From an uncultured Verrucomicrobiae bacterium (lineage in GTDB: Bacteria; Verrucomicrobiota; Verrucomicrobiia; Chthoniobacterales; UBA10450), in NCBI GenBank assembly GCA_963800015.1, contig CAWCZE010000001.1, forward strand, positions 5,111 to 69,110: a stretch of 64,000 bases of DNA, read 5' to 3'. The translations under genes were made by a program, and so were the position numbers. Positions 31,319-41,818 of this stretch are shown piece after piece. How positions within the stretch are numbered: the first letter of the stretch is position 1; every line of letters begins with the position of its first letter. The notes beneath the pieces are model-generated. The model was given only the letters and a program-made list of their open reading frames with translations. It did not search any database and had not been told where the DNA came from.

Positions 31319-32357
31319 CTGGTGGCCGGCAAACACTGCGCTGACCTTCGCGCGTCCGTGGCTTTTGCTGCTCTTGGTCGCAATCCCGTTGCTCGCTTAT
31401 TTGCGCGGGAAACGCGGCCCGGCCGCTGCGCTGACATTTTCGTCGACATCAGCGTTGCGCGCGATTGGTAAACAAAGCGCCGCGCGCGTGGGCAAAATTT
31501 TGCGGGCCATGATTTTTGCGACGCTCGCAATTTTTATCGTTGGACTCTCCCGTCCCCAGCTCGGCAAAAGCCTCACTCAAGTAGAAGCCAGCGGAATCGA
31601 CATCATGCTCGTTCTCGACGTTTCGGGATCGATGCTGACAAAAGACTTCACGATTGGGGGCGACGAAGCGACGCGGCTTGACGCGATTCGTGAGGTTACA
31701 CGCAAGTTTATCGATGGCCGCCCTAACGATCGCATCGGAATAATCGCGTTTGCCGGGCGACCCTACGTGGTCAGTCCAATGACTCTCGATCACGATTGGT
31801 TAACCCAAAATCTCGAGCGCGTGCGGATTGGCCTGGTCGAAGACGGGACGGCAATTGGATCGGCAATGGCCGCGGCGGCCAACCGACTGAATGACAAACA
31901 ATCGAAGAGCCGGGTCCTGGTGTTATTGACGGACGGAGAAAATAACGCTGGGAAAATTTCACCGAACACCGCAGCCGAAGCAGTAAAAGCCCTCAAAATC
32001 CATTTTTACGCGATTGGCGCCGGGATTAACGGTGTCGCACCGGCGCCAATCTACACTTCCCGTGGACCGATGACGGATGCGTTGGGGAACATTTATTATC
32101 AAAACCAGCGGGTAGAATTCAACGAGACCGGGTTGAAAGAAGTAGCGCAAATCGCCGACGGCAAATTCTATCGGGCAACGGACACAAAATCGCTGGAACA
32201 AATCTACAGCGATATCGACAAGCTCGAAAAATCAACGGTCGCAATCAAAAAATATCAGGAGTATCGCGATCTGTTCCCGATTTGCATCATGAGTGGATGC
32301 GGTTTGCTGGTCGCGCAGCTTCTGTTGTCGCAAACCGTGTGGAAAAAATTGCCATGA
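31305..32357 (+). CDS. batA: VWA-domain membrane protein BatA
   Basis: DIMLVLDVSGSMLTKD, GIIAFAGRPYVVSPMT, GTAIGSAM, VLLTDGENNAG. Confidence 0.85.
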   Translation: MRLLDWWPANTALTFARPWLLLLLVAIPLLAYLRGKRGPAAALTFSSTSALRAIGKQSAARVGKILRAMIFATLAIFIVGLSRPQLGKSLTQVEASGIDIMLVLDVSGSMLTKDFTIGGDEATRLDAIREVTRKFIDGRPNDRIGIIAFAGRPYVVSPMTLDHDWLTQNLERVRIGLVEDGTAIGSAMAAAANRLNDKQSKSRVLVLLTDGENNAGKISPNTAAEAVKALKIHFYAIGAGINGVAPAPIYTSRGPMTDALGNIYYQNQRVEFNETGLKEVAQIADGKFYRATDTKSLEQIYSDIDKLEKSTVAIKKYQEYRDLFPICIMSGCGLLVAQLLLSQTVWKKLP

Positions 32358-34609
32358 CGTTCGGCGCGCCAGTTTGGTTTTGGGGGCTGCTCGCGATTCC
32401 CGTCCTCGCTCTTTTGTTTGGGCGATCGGAACGACGGGCGGCGGTGCGATTGCGTGAATTCGTTTCCCCGCGATTGCTTCCTCAATTGTCCGCAACGGTG
32501 AACCGCAGTCGGCGGATGGTGCGCTTTGGATTTGTCATGCTCGGTCTTGCCTTCGCGATCGTTAGTCTGGCTCAGCCACGATGGGGTTACATTTACGAAG
32601 ACGTGAAACGCAAGGGCCTCGATTTGCTTTTCGCGGTCGACACATCGCGAAGCATGCTTTCAAACGATGTGCAGCCGAACCGCCTCGAGCGCGTCAAGCT
32701 GGCGGCCCAGGATCTCGTCAATCAGCTGCAAGGCGATCGGGTCGGTCTCATCGCTTTTGCCGGGCGCGCGTTTTTGCAGGCGCCCCTAACAATTGACTAC
32801 GAAGCCGCGGTCGAATCGATCAACGACTTGGACACTAAAACAATCCCTGAAGGCGGAACCAATATTTCCGAATCGATCAATCTCGCCATCCAGACATTCG
32901 GCAAAAGCGCAGCCGGAAATCGCGCCTTAATCATTTTCACGGACGGCGAAGAATTGAGCGGCGACGCTGTCAAAATCGCCAAGGCCGCCGCCGATGCCGG
33001 CGTGAAGATTTTCACAATTGGAGTAGGCACTCCGCAAGGTTCGTTGATTCCGATTAATTCCGACGACGGAGGCACCGCGTTTGTAAAAGATTCTGCCGGA
33101 CAAGTTGTAAAATCGAAGCTCGACGAAAAACGATTGACCGAAATCGCCGAAGCAACCGGCGGTTTTTACCTTCACCTGGGTGACGGACCACAAACAATGG
33201 CGCAGTTGTATCAGCAGGGTCTCGCGAAAATGAAAGCAGCGGACATCGACGCCCGCTTGTCGCGGCGACCGATCGAACGCTACGAATGGCCGCTGGCCGC
33301 AGCCGTGATCGCGCTGACCATTTCAATCTTAATAGGCGAACGCAAAAAAGTGCGGGCCCGCTCCCGACTGCCACGGTGGACAAGAGTCGCGGTGCCGGCT
33401 TCGGCCGTATTCTTTGTTTTGATAGGGCCGGCATTCGCGAGTGCGCCCGGTCTGAATCTCTACCAAGACGGGAAATATCGAGACGCGTACCAGAAGTTTC
33501 AGGAGGATCTCAAGTCGCATCCGGACTCGTCGGAAAAGGAGAAGATCGAATTCGACGCCGGAACCGCTGCGTTCAAAATGAACGATTACAACAAAGCGCT
33601 TCAATCCTTCAGCGATGCGCTGCTTTCACCGGACCAACGGCTTCAAGAGAACAGTCATTTTAATCTGGGCCGCACGTTGGAGGAACGGGCCGATCTCGAT
33701 AAGGCCAACGATACGACATTAAAGGACCTGACTGATGCAGCCTCGCATTATGAGGCCACCCTCCAGCTCAATCCGAAGAATGAAGCAGCTCGGGCGAACC
33801 TTGAAGAAGTCAGAAAGAAAATCGAGCGGCTGAAACAACATCCGAAGAACAAGCCGACTCCCACTCCACCGCCGCAACAACAGCAAAAGAAAAAAGATCA
33901 GCAACAGGGCGGCGGCCAAAGTCAGGACCAGGACCAACAGCAATCTCAATCCCAAAACAATTCCGACAACAAGGATCAAAACCAGAATCAACAGCAGCAG
34001 CAGCAAAACCAACAACAACAAAGTCAGCAGGCGCAATCACAGAATCAATCGAGTCAAAATCAGGACCAAAAATCCGCGGAACAATCGAAGCAGCAACAGA
34101 TGGCCAAGAACGACTCGCAAAAAAATCAGCAGCAACCGAAACCCGGCGAAAGTCCGAGTCCCGGAGAGAATCAAAATGAGGACCAACAGCAGTCCGGCCA
34201 ATCCTCATCGTCGCCGTCTCCCGGAAAGGGAGAGAACAAATCAGCGCAAGATCGTCAGTCATCAGGCAAACAGGAGCAGCCTGAAGAATCGCCAACCCCT
34301 GGAATTGGAGACCAGGCGCCGACACCGGCGCCGGGTGAAGGCGAAGGAAACGAGCAAAACGCATCGCCTTCACCGACGGTGGCCGGTTCGCCGGAAAAAA
34401 AATTAGCGGGCGAGATCAAAGGCGCGAACGGCGAGAATCAGCCACAGCCACCTCAACAAGGCGCTGCGTTCGCTGAAGCTGATCAGGAGAAAAACGGCCA
34501 AATGACTGAAAAGCAGGCGGAGCTGTTATTACAGTCGATGAAAGACGAAGAAGCGCGGGTTCAGCTTGATGAACGGAGGGTCAGACGCCGTGTCTATAAT
34601 GACTGGTGA
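32354..34609 (+). CDS. batB: BatB-BatC fusion: VWA + TPR protein with a long Q/N/S/P-rich low-complexity region
   Basis: The ATGA overlap with the batA stop gives a start at MTFGAPVWFWGLLAIPVL. The VWA part has DLLFAVDTSRSMLSND and GLIAFAGRAF. The TPR part has YQDGKYRDAYQKFQ. A low-complexity stretch of about 220 aa spans 33840-34500. Confidence 0.85.
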   Translation: MTFGAPVWFWGLLAIPVLALLFGRSERRAAVRLREFVSPRLLPQLSATVNRSRRMVRFGFVMLGLAFAIVSLAQPRWGYIYEDVKRKGLDLLFAVDTSRSMLSNDVQPNRLERVKLAAQDLVNQLQGDRVGLIAFAGRAFLQAPLTIDYEAAVESINDLDTKTIPEGGTNISESINLAIQTFGKSAAGNRALIIFTDGEELSGDAVKIAKAAADAGVKIFTIGVGTPQGSLIPINSDDGGTAFVKDSAGQVVKSKLDEKRLTEIAEATGGFYLHLGDGPQTMAQLYQQGLAKMKAADIDARLSRRPIERYEWPLAAAVIALTISILIGERKKVRARSRLPRWTRVAVPASAVFFVLIGPAFASAPGLNLYQDGKYRDAYQKFQEDLKSHPDSSEKEKIEFDAGTAAFKMNDYNKALQSFSDALLSPDQRLQENSHFNLGRTLEERADLDKANDTTLKDLTDAASHYEATLQLNPKNEAARANLEEVRKKIERLKQHPKNKPTPTPPPQQQQKKKDQQQGGGQSQDQDQQQSQSQNNSDNKDQNQNQQQQQQNQQQQSQQAQSQNQSSQNQDQKSAEQSKQQQMAKNDSQKNQQQPKPGESPSPGENQNEDQQQSGQSSSSPSPGKGENKSAQDRQSSGKQEQPEESPTPGIGDQAPTPAPGEGEGNEQNASPSPTVAGSPEKKLAGEIKGANGENQPQPPQQGAAFAEADQEKNGQMTEKQAELLLQSMKDEEARVQLDERRVRRRVYNDW

Positions 34610-34659
34610 CCCGGAAATTTGAGGGTTGATGGTTGAGAGTTGATAGAACGCCGATGCAC

Positions 34660-36507
34660 ATGCGCGATTTGAAAATCTTGGTAACGGTCTTCGCATTGTT
34701 CGCGGCCACTTCGGCTGCGAACGGAGCATCGCCGAGCGTGACCGCCGTGCTGAGCAATTCGGAGCCTCAAGTCGGCGAAACCGTGCAGCTCGAGATCAAA
34801 GTCACCGGCGCTCAAAGCGCCAATGTGCCGCAGGAGATATCGATCGACGGCCTGGAAATTCATCAGACCGGGACGTCGCGCCAATTCGAAATGCACAATT
34901 TCGATGTGAAAAGCAGCGTCAATTACAACTACACAATTCTGCCGTTACGCGCCGGACGATTTAAAATTCCAGCTCAAACCATTCGGATTGGAAGCGAATC
35001 GCTGCACACCCCGGAACTCGCACTCAATGTAGCAGGTGGCTCGAGCAACTCGGCTGGAGCGCCTCGAACCAATCAATCGGCCACCAACGTTAGCAAACTT
35101 GCGTTCGCTGAATTGGTGATCCCAAAAAAGGACGCATATGTCGGCGAAATGATACCAGCCGTGATTCGGCTGGGGTTTGACGCTCGGGCCCGTGGACAGC
35201 TCCAGGAAGGACCGGAACTTTCCGGTCAAGGTTTTACGACTCAAAAATTGCAGCAACCGAACGAAACTTTGGAAACAATCGGGGGCCGGCCTTGTAAAGT
35301 TTATACGTTCAAAACGGCGATCTCGCCCGCGCGAGCCGGAAAATTCGAGATCGGACCGGTGAAAGCCAAAGCAATGCTGCTGCTGCCGAGACGGCCAAGC
35401 GCGCCGCGCACCACCCGGCCGCGTTCGCCATTCGACCTCTTTAATTTAGACGATCCATTCTCCGATCCATTTTTCGCCGACCCTTTTGGCAGCATGGGCG
35501 AGCGAACGGAGTTACCGATCAAAAGCGAATCGGTGATGCTGGACGTCAAACCGTTGCCTCCCAACGCGCCTCCAGAGTTCTCGGGAGCAATCGGCAGCTT
35601 CACCATGACTGTCGATGCGAAACCGAAAAAGGTGCAGGCGGGCGACCCAATCACTGTGACCGCGACAATTTCGGGACGCGGCAATTTCGATCGAATGAAC
35701 GCACCGGTCCTGACGGACGAACACGGCTGGCACAAATATCCCCCGTCGTCGAAATTTAAACAGGACGACGATGTTGGATTTAGCGGCGAGAAAACTTTCG
35801 AGACGGTCATCGCGCCTAACGAGAAGAAGACGGCGCTGCCGCCGCTGGCATTCGCTTATTTCGATCCGATCAAAGAAAACTACGTCACATTGCGAAGCGA
35901 CGCGATTCCCATCGAGGTTGAAGGAGGCGCTGCGGCCGCTCCAACGGCTGCCGCCCCTGCCGCGTCAGCAAAAACGACGGCGAGCGCGGCTCCGACTCCC
36001 GCGCCCGCGGCAAAACCGGCCGACATCTTGTATCAGCTTACTGATCTTGGATCGGCTCGCTCGTTTGTTCCGCTTTACATGCGACCCGTATTTTGGATTT
36101 CGCAGCTCGCTCCCCTCATTGGGCTTTTACTTTTTGCCGGCTGGAAAATTCGTAAGGCAAGAATGGGCAACCGCGAGGCGATGAGAATCGCGGCATTGCA
36201 ACACGAGTCCGCGGAGCTGTTGCGTAAACTGCGCCGCGATCGCCTCTCGCCACAGGAATATTTCTCAAATGCGTCGCGGGTGGCCCGCGTCAAGACGGCG
36301 CTGGCGAAGAATCTCGACCCGAACGCGGTCGACGCGACAACGATCGAGAAAACTTTTGATCTGAACGAGACCGACCGAACCCGGCTCCGGACGTTATTCG
36401 AGCGGACTGACGAGTTGCGTTACAGCGGGAGCGGCAATGGCGACAACAAAGTCCCGGATCAGGATCGCGAGAAAGTTTTGGAATTGCTCGAAAGTTTGCA
36501 CGCATGA
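34660..36507 (+). CDS. batD: BatD (oxygen tolerance) protein
   Basis: Part of ORF 34633..36507, with a signal peptide from MRDLKILVTVFALFAATSAANGA. The repeated beta domains, an Ala/Pro linker, a TM helix and a cytoplasmic tail are typical of BatD. Confidence 0.8.
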   Translation: MRDLKILVTVFALFAATSAANGASPSVTAVLSNSEPQVGETVQLEIKVTGAQSANVPQEISIDGLEIHQTGTSRQFEMHNFDVKSSVNYNYTILPLRAGRFKIPAQTIRIGSESLHTPELALNVAGGSSNSAGAPRTNQSATNVSKLAFAELVIPKKDAYVGEMIPAVIRLGFDARARGQLQEGPELSGQGFTTQKLQQPNETLETIGGRPCKVYTFKTAISPARAGKFEIGPVKAKAMLLLPRRPSAPRTTRPRSPFDLFNLDDPFSDPFFADPFGSMGERTELPIKSESVMLDVKPLPPNAPPEFSGAIGSFTMTVDAKPKKVQAGDPITVTATISGRGNFDRMNAPVLTDEHGWHKYPPSSKFKQDDDVGFSGEKTFETVIAPNEKKTALPPLAFAYFDPIKENYVTLRSDAIPIEVEGGAAAAPTAAAPAASAKTTASAAPTPAPAAKPADILYQLTDLGSARSFVPLYMRPVFWISQLAPLIGLLLFAGWKIRKARMGNREAMRIAALQHESAELLRKLRRDRLSPQEYFSNASRVARVKTALAKNLDPNAVDATTIEKTFDLNETDRTRLRTLFERTDELRYSGSGNGDNKVPDQDREKVLELLESLHA

Positions 36508-37248
36508 AGGTCGGCATTCGAATACTCAGCTTGTTCGTCTTTCTCGTTGCCGCTTCGGTTGCGCCGGCTCAATCCGCGACACAGTTCGACAAAGCCAACC
36601 AGGAATATGCCGCTGGAGATTTCGACAGTGCAGTCAGGGACTACGAAGAGTTGATCCGGTCCGGCCAGGACATTCCAAACGTGTTCTACAATCTCGGAAA
36701 CGCTTATTTCCGGAAAAAAGATTTCGGTCACGCGATTTTGAATTACGAACGCGCGCTGGCGCTTGACCGTCGTCATCCCGAAGCGCAAGCCAATCTTCGA
36801 ATTGCGCGCGACGAAGCGCGAGCCTTGGAGCTGGTTCCGACAAAGTGGGAGCGAGTGCTCGCAATGGCGACGCCAAATGAATACGCAATCACCGCAGCGA
36901 TCGCCTTTTGGGTGTGCGCATTTAGCGTGGTCGCGCTGATTTTTAATGCGCGCTCACCGAGGACGCCGGGTCGTCTTGGCCGTAATTTCGCTGGCGATTG
37001 TCGCGATTGGAATCTTCGCGGCCTGGCAAACTGAACATGGAAAACATGGCGACGGTTTGGCGATCATCATCGCGCAAAGCGCCGACGCGCGGCTGGCGAC
37101 GGCGGATACTGCCAATCGCGTCCTGACTCTGCCCGCAGGAAGCGAAGTTCAGGTCATAACTCCGCGCGCTGATTGGGTTTACGCCATTTTACCGAACAAC
37201 TTGCGCGGTTGGGTGCCAGCCAAAAGCACCGAGCTCGTCCGAATGTAA
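36504..37248 (+). CDS. BatE-like TPR + SH3 protein (one frame change near 36950)
   Basis: The TPR part has NLGNAYFRKKDFGHAILNYERALALD. The SH3-like C-terminal part has VLTLPAGSEVQVITPRADWVYAILPNNLRGWVPA. Confidence 0.7.
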
Positions 37249-37249
37249 G

Positions 37250-37330
37250 ATGTAGCTGCCGACCTTTGCATCGGCAGGAGTTGCACGACCTGCCGGCAAC
37301 GGTAGGAACTAGGGCAAGGGCCCTACTGCT
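37250..37330. repeat. REP-like multi-hairpin element (divergent member)
   Basis: TGTAGCTGCCGACCTTTGCATCGGCAG...GTAGGAACTAGGGCAAGGGCCCTAC. Confidence 0.4.
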
Positions 37331-37387
37331 CGCGATCTGCTGTTTGAGAACACCTCAAGCAAGAGCAACAGTAAGAGGAAGATTTTT

Positions 37388-38802
37388 ATGAAAGCGGAGA
37401 TGGATATCGAGACGAACCGAAAAGCGTTCCAGATCAATCTCGACGCGCACAAAGTACGGGACTTTTGCCGAAATCGGCGCCGGCCAGGAAGTAGCGCGCC
37501 GGTTTTTCCTTGTTGGCGGCGCGGCGGGGACGGTCGCTAAAACGATGTCCGCCTACGACATGACGTTCAGCGATGCGATTTACGGTCCTGCCGATCGTTA
37601 TGTCAGCCGGGTGCGCCTGAACACGATGCTCGATCACGAATACGATTTGCTTGTGGAACGGCTCGACAAAAAATCGGGAAGCGAGCGCGACATTTTTTGT
37701 TTTCGCAGACACCGTTGCCGCGCGCAGCTTCAAACAGCATAACGAATCCCACGGCTGGCTCGGCGTTCGATTCCAAACTCAGCCGCGCGGCGAACCGAGC
37801 CAGATCATTATTCACGTTCGAATGCTCGATGAGGGAAATGCCGATCAACAGGAGGCGCTCGGCGTCATTGGAGTGAACCTGCTTCATGGCGCGTTTTATC
37901 AAACCCAACCCGAGCGATTGATATCGAGCCTCCATGAAAATCTCGCGCCCGGCCGGATTCAAGTCGACCTGATCAAATTCTCCGGTCCGGCATTTGCCGC
38001 GATTGATAATCGGTTGATGAATCTGCAATTGGTTAGTCAGGGCCTCACCGATGCAGTCATGTTCAAGGCCGACGGCGAAATGGTGCAGGCGTCGGAAATC
38101 CTGCACAAGAAGGCGATTCTGATCGAGCGCGGCAGCTTTCGGCCGGTGACCTACGCAACCAACGACATGCTGGAAGGCGCTCGGCGCCAGTTTCTGAAGG
38201 AGACCGGTGGCTCCGAAGAAGATCTGGTCGTGCTCATGGAAATGACGCTGGAGAATTTGCTTGCCGAAGGTCAATTGAACCACGCGGATTTTTTGCAGCG
38301 AGTCGACATTCTGGGCGCGCTCGGCCGCACGGTTTTAATTTCAAAATTCGGCGAATACTACCGTCTGGCCGCTTACCTATCCCGTTACACGACGAAAAAG
38401 ATCGGGCTGGTAATGGGCGTGCCGACTTTGCACGAAATTTTCGACGAGAAATATTATCTCAATCTCGAAGGCGGAATTTTGGAAGCGCTCGGTCGAATGT
38501 TTAAACACGGCCTGAAACTTTACGTTTATCCGATGATCGACGAAAAGAGCGGCAAAATCGTGACTGCAAATCAAACCCAGGTCGCGCCAAACCTGCGATC
38601 GCTGTTTCAATACCTCATCGATAATCGTTACATCGCGGAAATTGCCGATTACGAACGGGATTTCCTGCGTATTTACCCGGCTGCAGTATTGGCAAAATTG
38701 AAAGCCGGCGACGAGACTTGGGAGGAAATGGTGCCGCCCGAGGTCGCGCAAATCATCAAAGAACGCGAATTTTTCGGCTATCACGCAGCGGTTGCGGCCT
38801 GA
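37388..38802 (+). CDS. conserved protein of unknown function (about 470 aa; two frame changes in the first 300 nt)
   Basis: MKAEMDIETNRKAFQINLDAHK(YGTFAEIGAGQEVARRFFLVGGAAGTVAKTMSAYDMTFSDAIYG...) continues into ORF 37651..38802. I cannot assign a family. Confidence 0.5.
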
Positions 38803-38905
38803 CCGCGAAAAATCGCCGAAACGGCACCAGGCTGGGTGCGTAAGTTACTTAGTAGAAACCGTCTCCACGAGGCACGTTTCCCGCTACAGGGAGTACAGCA
38901 GCATC

Positions 38906-39973
38906 ATGGCCCGACGCGCAGATTCTGTTATTGGCATCGACTTAGGCAAACACACGCTCAAAGGCGTTGCTCTTCGCCGAAAGAGCGATAATCGCTTTGT
39001 TCTCACGAGCTTCGCTTCCCGGCCTGTGCCCGAAGAATTTGCATCGCCTGACGATCTTGCCCGCGAACTAAAACAGTTGGTGAAAGAGCTCGGCGGCGCC
39101 AAAACCTGTGCCTTTGCGATTTCGGATCCCGGCACAATCCTTCGAATCATTGAGCAACCGGACACGCCTGTCCATTTGTTGCGAAACGCTCTCCGCTTGA
39201 ATGGTCTGGCGGTCTTGAACCAGGAATGCAAGGACTTCGTCCTCGACGTTGCTCCGGTCACACCGCGCAATGGAAATTTGCCTGATGACAAGTCAGGCGG
39301 CGGAAACGTTGCCGTGCACGCCGGCGTCCTTACTCAAACCAAATATCTGGTCGGCGGAACCTTGCGGAGCCATGTGAAACAAATCGTCGCCGCCGCCGCG
39401 AAGATCCGCGTTTCGCCTGAACTGATCCAAGTCGCTCCGGTTTGCTCGTTCAACGCGTTTGAATTCGCCTACCCCGATGTTTTCGCCAACGAACCATTTC
39501 TGCTGCTCGACATGGGTCATCTCCAAAGCACGGTGTTGATCGGAAGCCGAAGCGAACTCGTTCTGGTGCGCAGCATCGATTACGGCGGCAAAGCTTTGAT
39601 GCAGGCGCTGACCGCCGAAGATGCTCTGGATGGCGATGCTGCGTGGTTGATGATTCAACAAGGCGACGAAGGCATGACTGAAATTTGCCGAAATTCGCTC
39701 GCGCGGTTGGCCATGGAAGTGCGCAATTCCATCGGGTTTTTTGAAGGCCAGCACGAAGAAAGCATCCACCGAATTTTTGTTTCCGGCGGATTGGCTCGCG
39801 CCGAAACTGTTTTGCAAACTCTCAGCGACGAACTGAGTTTGCCCTGCGAAATTTGGGATCCGCTCGAGACCTGCGAAGTCACGCTGCCCGCGGCCAAGCG
39901 TCAGAGTTTGCCGAACGAATTTGTGTCACTCAACGTCGCCTGTGGAGCGGCCTTCGAATATCTGAAGAAATAA
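38906..39973 (+). CDS. pilM: type IV pilus assembly protein PilM (actin-like ATPase fold)
   Basis: Part of ORF 38792..39973, with the start at MARRADSVIGIDLGKHTLKGVAL. The sequence also has ...IFVSGGLAR.... Confidence 0.7.
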   Translation: MARRADSVIGIDLGKHTLKGVALRRKSDNRFVLTSFASRPVPEEFASPDDLARELKQLVKELGGAKTCAFAISDPGTILRIIEQPDTPVHLLRNALRLNGLAVLNQECKDFVLDVAPVTPRNGNLPDDKSGGGNVAVHAGVLTQTKYLVGGTLRSHVKQIVAAAAKIRVSPELIQVAPVCSFNAFEFAYPDVFANEPFLLLDMGHLQSTVLIGSRSELVLVRSIDYGGKALMQALTAEDALDGDAAWLMIQQGDEGMTEICRNSLARLAMEVRNSIGFFEGQHEESIHRIFVSGGLARAETVLQTLSDELSLPCEIWDPLETCEVTLPAAKRQSLPNEFVSLNVACGAAFEYLKK

Positions 39974-39982
39974 CGCGCACCC

Positions 39983-40583
39983 ATGGCCCTGCAACTCAAT
40001 CTCCTTCACGAAGAAATCCTCGAACAGCGCCAGCGTCAGCGCGATCCGCTGAAGATTGGCATGCTCGTGCTCGCTGGTTGCGGAGCGATACTTTTTCTCT
40101 ATTACGCCTGGAACGCCTACCGCACACTCGAAATCAAGGCGCGGCTTAGCCACGTCACCGCTGAGTGGAAGAAAATCGAGCCGGAAGTCACCAAGGCGCA
40201 GAAACGCGCCGCGGACCTGACCAACATCATCAACGCCACTCGAGTTCTTGATGATTACATCGACAGCCGCTTTTTCTGGGGACCATTTCTCGAAAAACTG
40301 TCCGCATTGCGTCCCACCAAATGCGCAACTGACCAACCTTGAAGGGGTGGTGCTGGACGACGACAAAGGCGGTGGAATCTCTGTCACCGTCGATGGCAGC
40401 ACCGCCGCGCGCGAGCCGCGGTCAGCTGCCGAAGATCTGCGTCAAATGTTGCTCGAACAACTCGGCAAAACGTATTTTGACGTCAAAGTCGAATTCAAAA
40501 CGCTTGAGGACATGGAAACAGTCGCCAACGTCGGCGGCACGAGCGTTCCAATGTCGCACTTTATCATGGGCGATAACATTTAA
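39983..40583 (+). CDS. pilN: PilN-like fimbrial assembly protein (one frame change near 40310)
   Basis: MALQLNLLHEEILEQRQRQRDPLKIGMLVLAGCGAILFLYY (TM), followed by a coiled coil. The C-terminus comes from ORF 40248..40583. Confidence 0.55.
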
Positions 40584-40642
40584 TTCGTCCGAACCAAAAC
40601 CCGCCGCTACTCCTGCGCCCGCCCGCGGCAAAAAACGAGGCA

Positions 40643-41215
40643 GTGATGAAAATTCCTAAACTTTCTTCCGACCAGATTAAAAAATTGGTCCTCAGCGCGA
40701 TGGGATTCGTTGTCCTGCTGTACGTCTATTTCACTTTTTTTCTCGGGCCTCTCCAAAAGTCTCGGGACACCACGTTTACCCAGATTGACGAAATCCAGAA
40801 GAAAATCGACGGCTCAAAAGGCGAAATGTCGAAAGCGGCCAATCTTGAGCGTCAAGCGAAGGATGCGACAGCGCGCTTTGCCGCGCTCAAAGGGCTGATT
40901 CCAGACGGAGCGCCGATCGCGTGGTTCCCGCCGCGGATGAAGACATTTTTTGCTAGCGACCAAATCGACAAGGCCTCTGCCCGGCTCGAAAGCAGTACCA
41001 GTTTCAAACAAACCGAATTGTCCAGATGGAGTAAATACAACTGGATAATCGAGTTGCCCCAAGCCGATTTCGTCGCGCTCGGCAAATCCATTGCCGATCT
41101 CGAAAATGCCGAACCACTGCTTTGCATCACCAAGCTGAACATTCATGTGCTGCCTACTGAATCGCAGTTCCAACAGGTCGGCATCGCTGCCACTACCGTA
41201 ATCGAAAAACGATGA
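40643..41215 (+). CDS. pilO: PilO-like pilus assembly protein
   Basis: An N-terminal TM helix (LVLSAMGFVVLLYVYFTFFLGPL) is followed by a coiled coil and a ferredoxin-like C-terminal part. Gene order also supports the call. Confidence 0.5.
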   Translation: MMKIPKLSSDQIKKLVLSAMGFVVLLYVYFTFFLGPLQKSRDTTFTQIDEIQKKIDGSKGEMSKAANLERQAKDATARFAALKGLIPDGAPIAWFPPRMKTFFASDQIDKASARLESSTSFKQTELSRWSKYNWIIELPQADFVALGKSIADLENAEPLLCITKLNIHVLPTESQFQQVGIAATTVIEKR

Positions 41216-41769
41216 AGACGTTTCTATTGCCGGTTTGTTTGTCGATTTCGCTGGCTGGATTGTCGTTTGCCGCGGGCCATCGCCCTGGCCCGACCGATAC
41301 CGCCCCTAAACCTAGCGAATCTCCCGCGCCCGCCGATTCCAACACCAAGCCAGCTCCCGACGCCGGCACGATCACGGTTAAGAACAAGTCGTCTTTCCAG
41401 GCGGATGCCGCAGCACGCAATCCATTTTGGCCGATTGGTTGGAAACCGACCGGTCGCGTGGCTGGAGGCGGCGCCGGCGGCGGATCAGATCAGGGCGAAG
41501 TTCCACCAGGCGCGTTTTTGGTTACGAGTATCACGCTCGACGGAGCGACCCATTTCGCGATCATCAACGGCAAAACCATGGGGGAAGGTCAGCAGTTCGG
41601 ATTACAAGTTGGGACTCAAATTTACCAGGTGACGGTGAAACGAATCGAAGACGGTCGCGTCATTATTGGCCGTCACGATGAGGAAATCGCCGTTCCACTG
41701 CGACGAAAAGAAGCGTCCGAGCATCCTCCCGAGGGCGCTACCCGCTCCGCTTCTCCGTCGCCGAAATAA
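41212..41769 (+). CDS. PilP-like exported protein
   Basis: A signal peptide, a Pro/Ala-rich linker and a beta domain (FLVTSITLDGATHFAIINGKTMGEGQQF...VKRIEDGRVII). It follows pilO with an ATGA overlap. Confidence 0.4.
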   Translation: MKTFLLPVCLSISLAGLSFAAGHRPGPTDTAPKPSESPAPADSNTKPAPDAGTITVKNKSSFQADAAARNPFWPIGWKPTGRVAGGGAGGGSDQGEVPPGAFLVTSITLDGATHFAIINGKTMGEGQQFGLQVGTQIYQVTVKRIEDGRVIIGRHDEEIAVPLRRKEASEHPPEGATRSASPSPK

Positions 41770-41818
41770 ATACGACCGGCCGTCCCTTTTGCGGGCCCAC
41801 AGCCGGGCAGCTCTAGAT

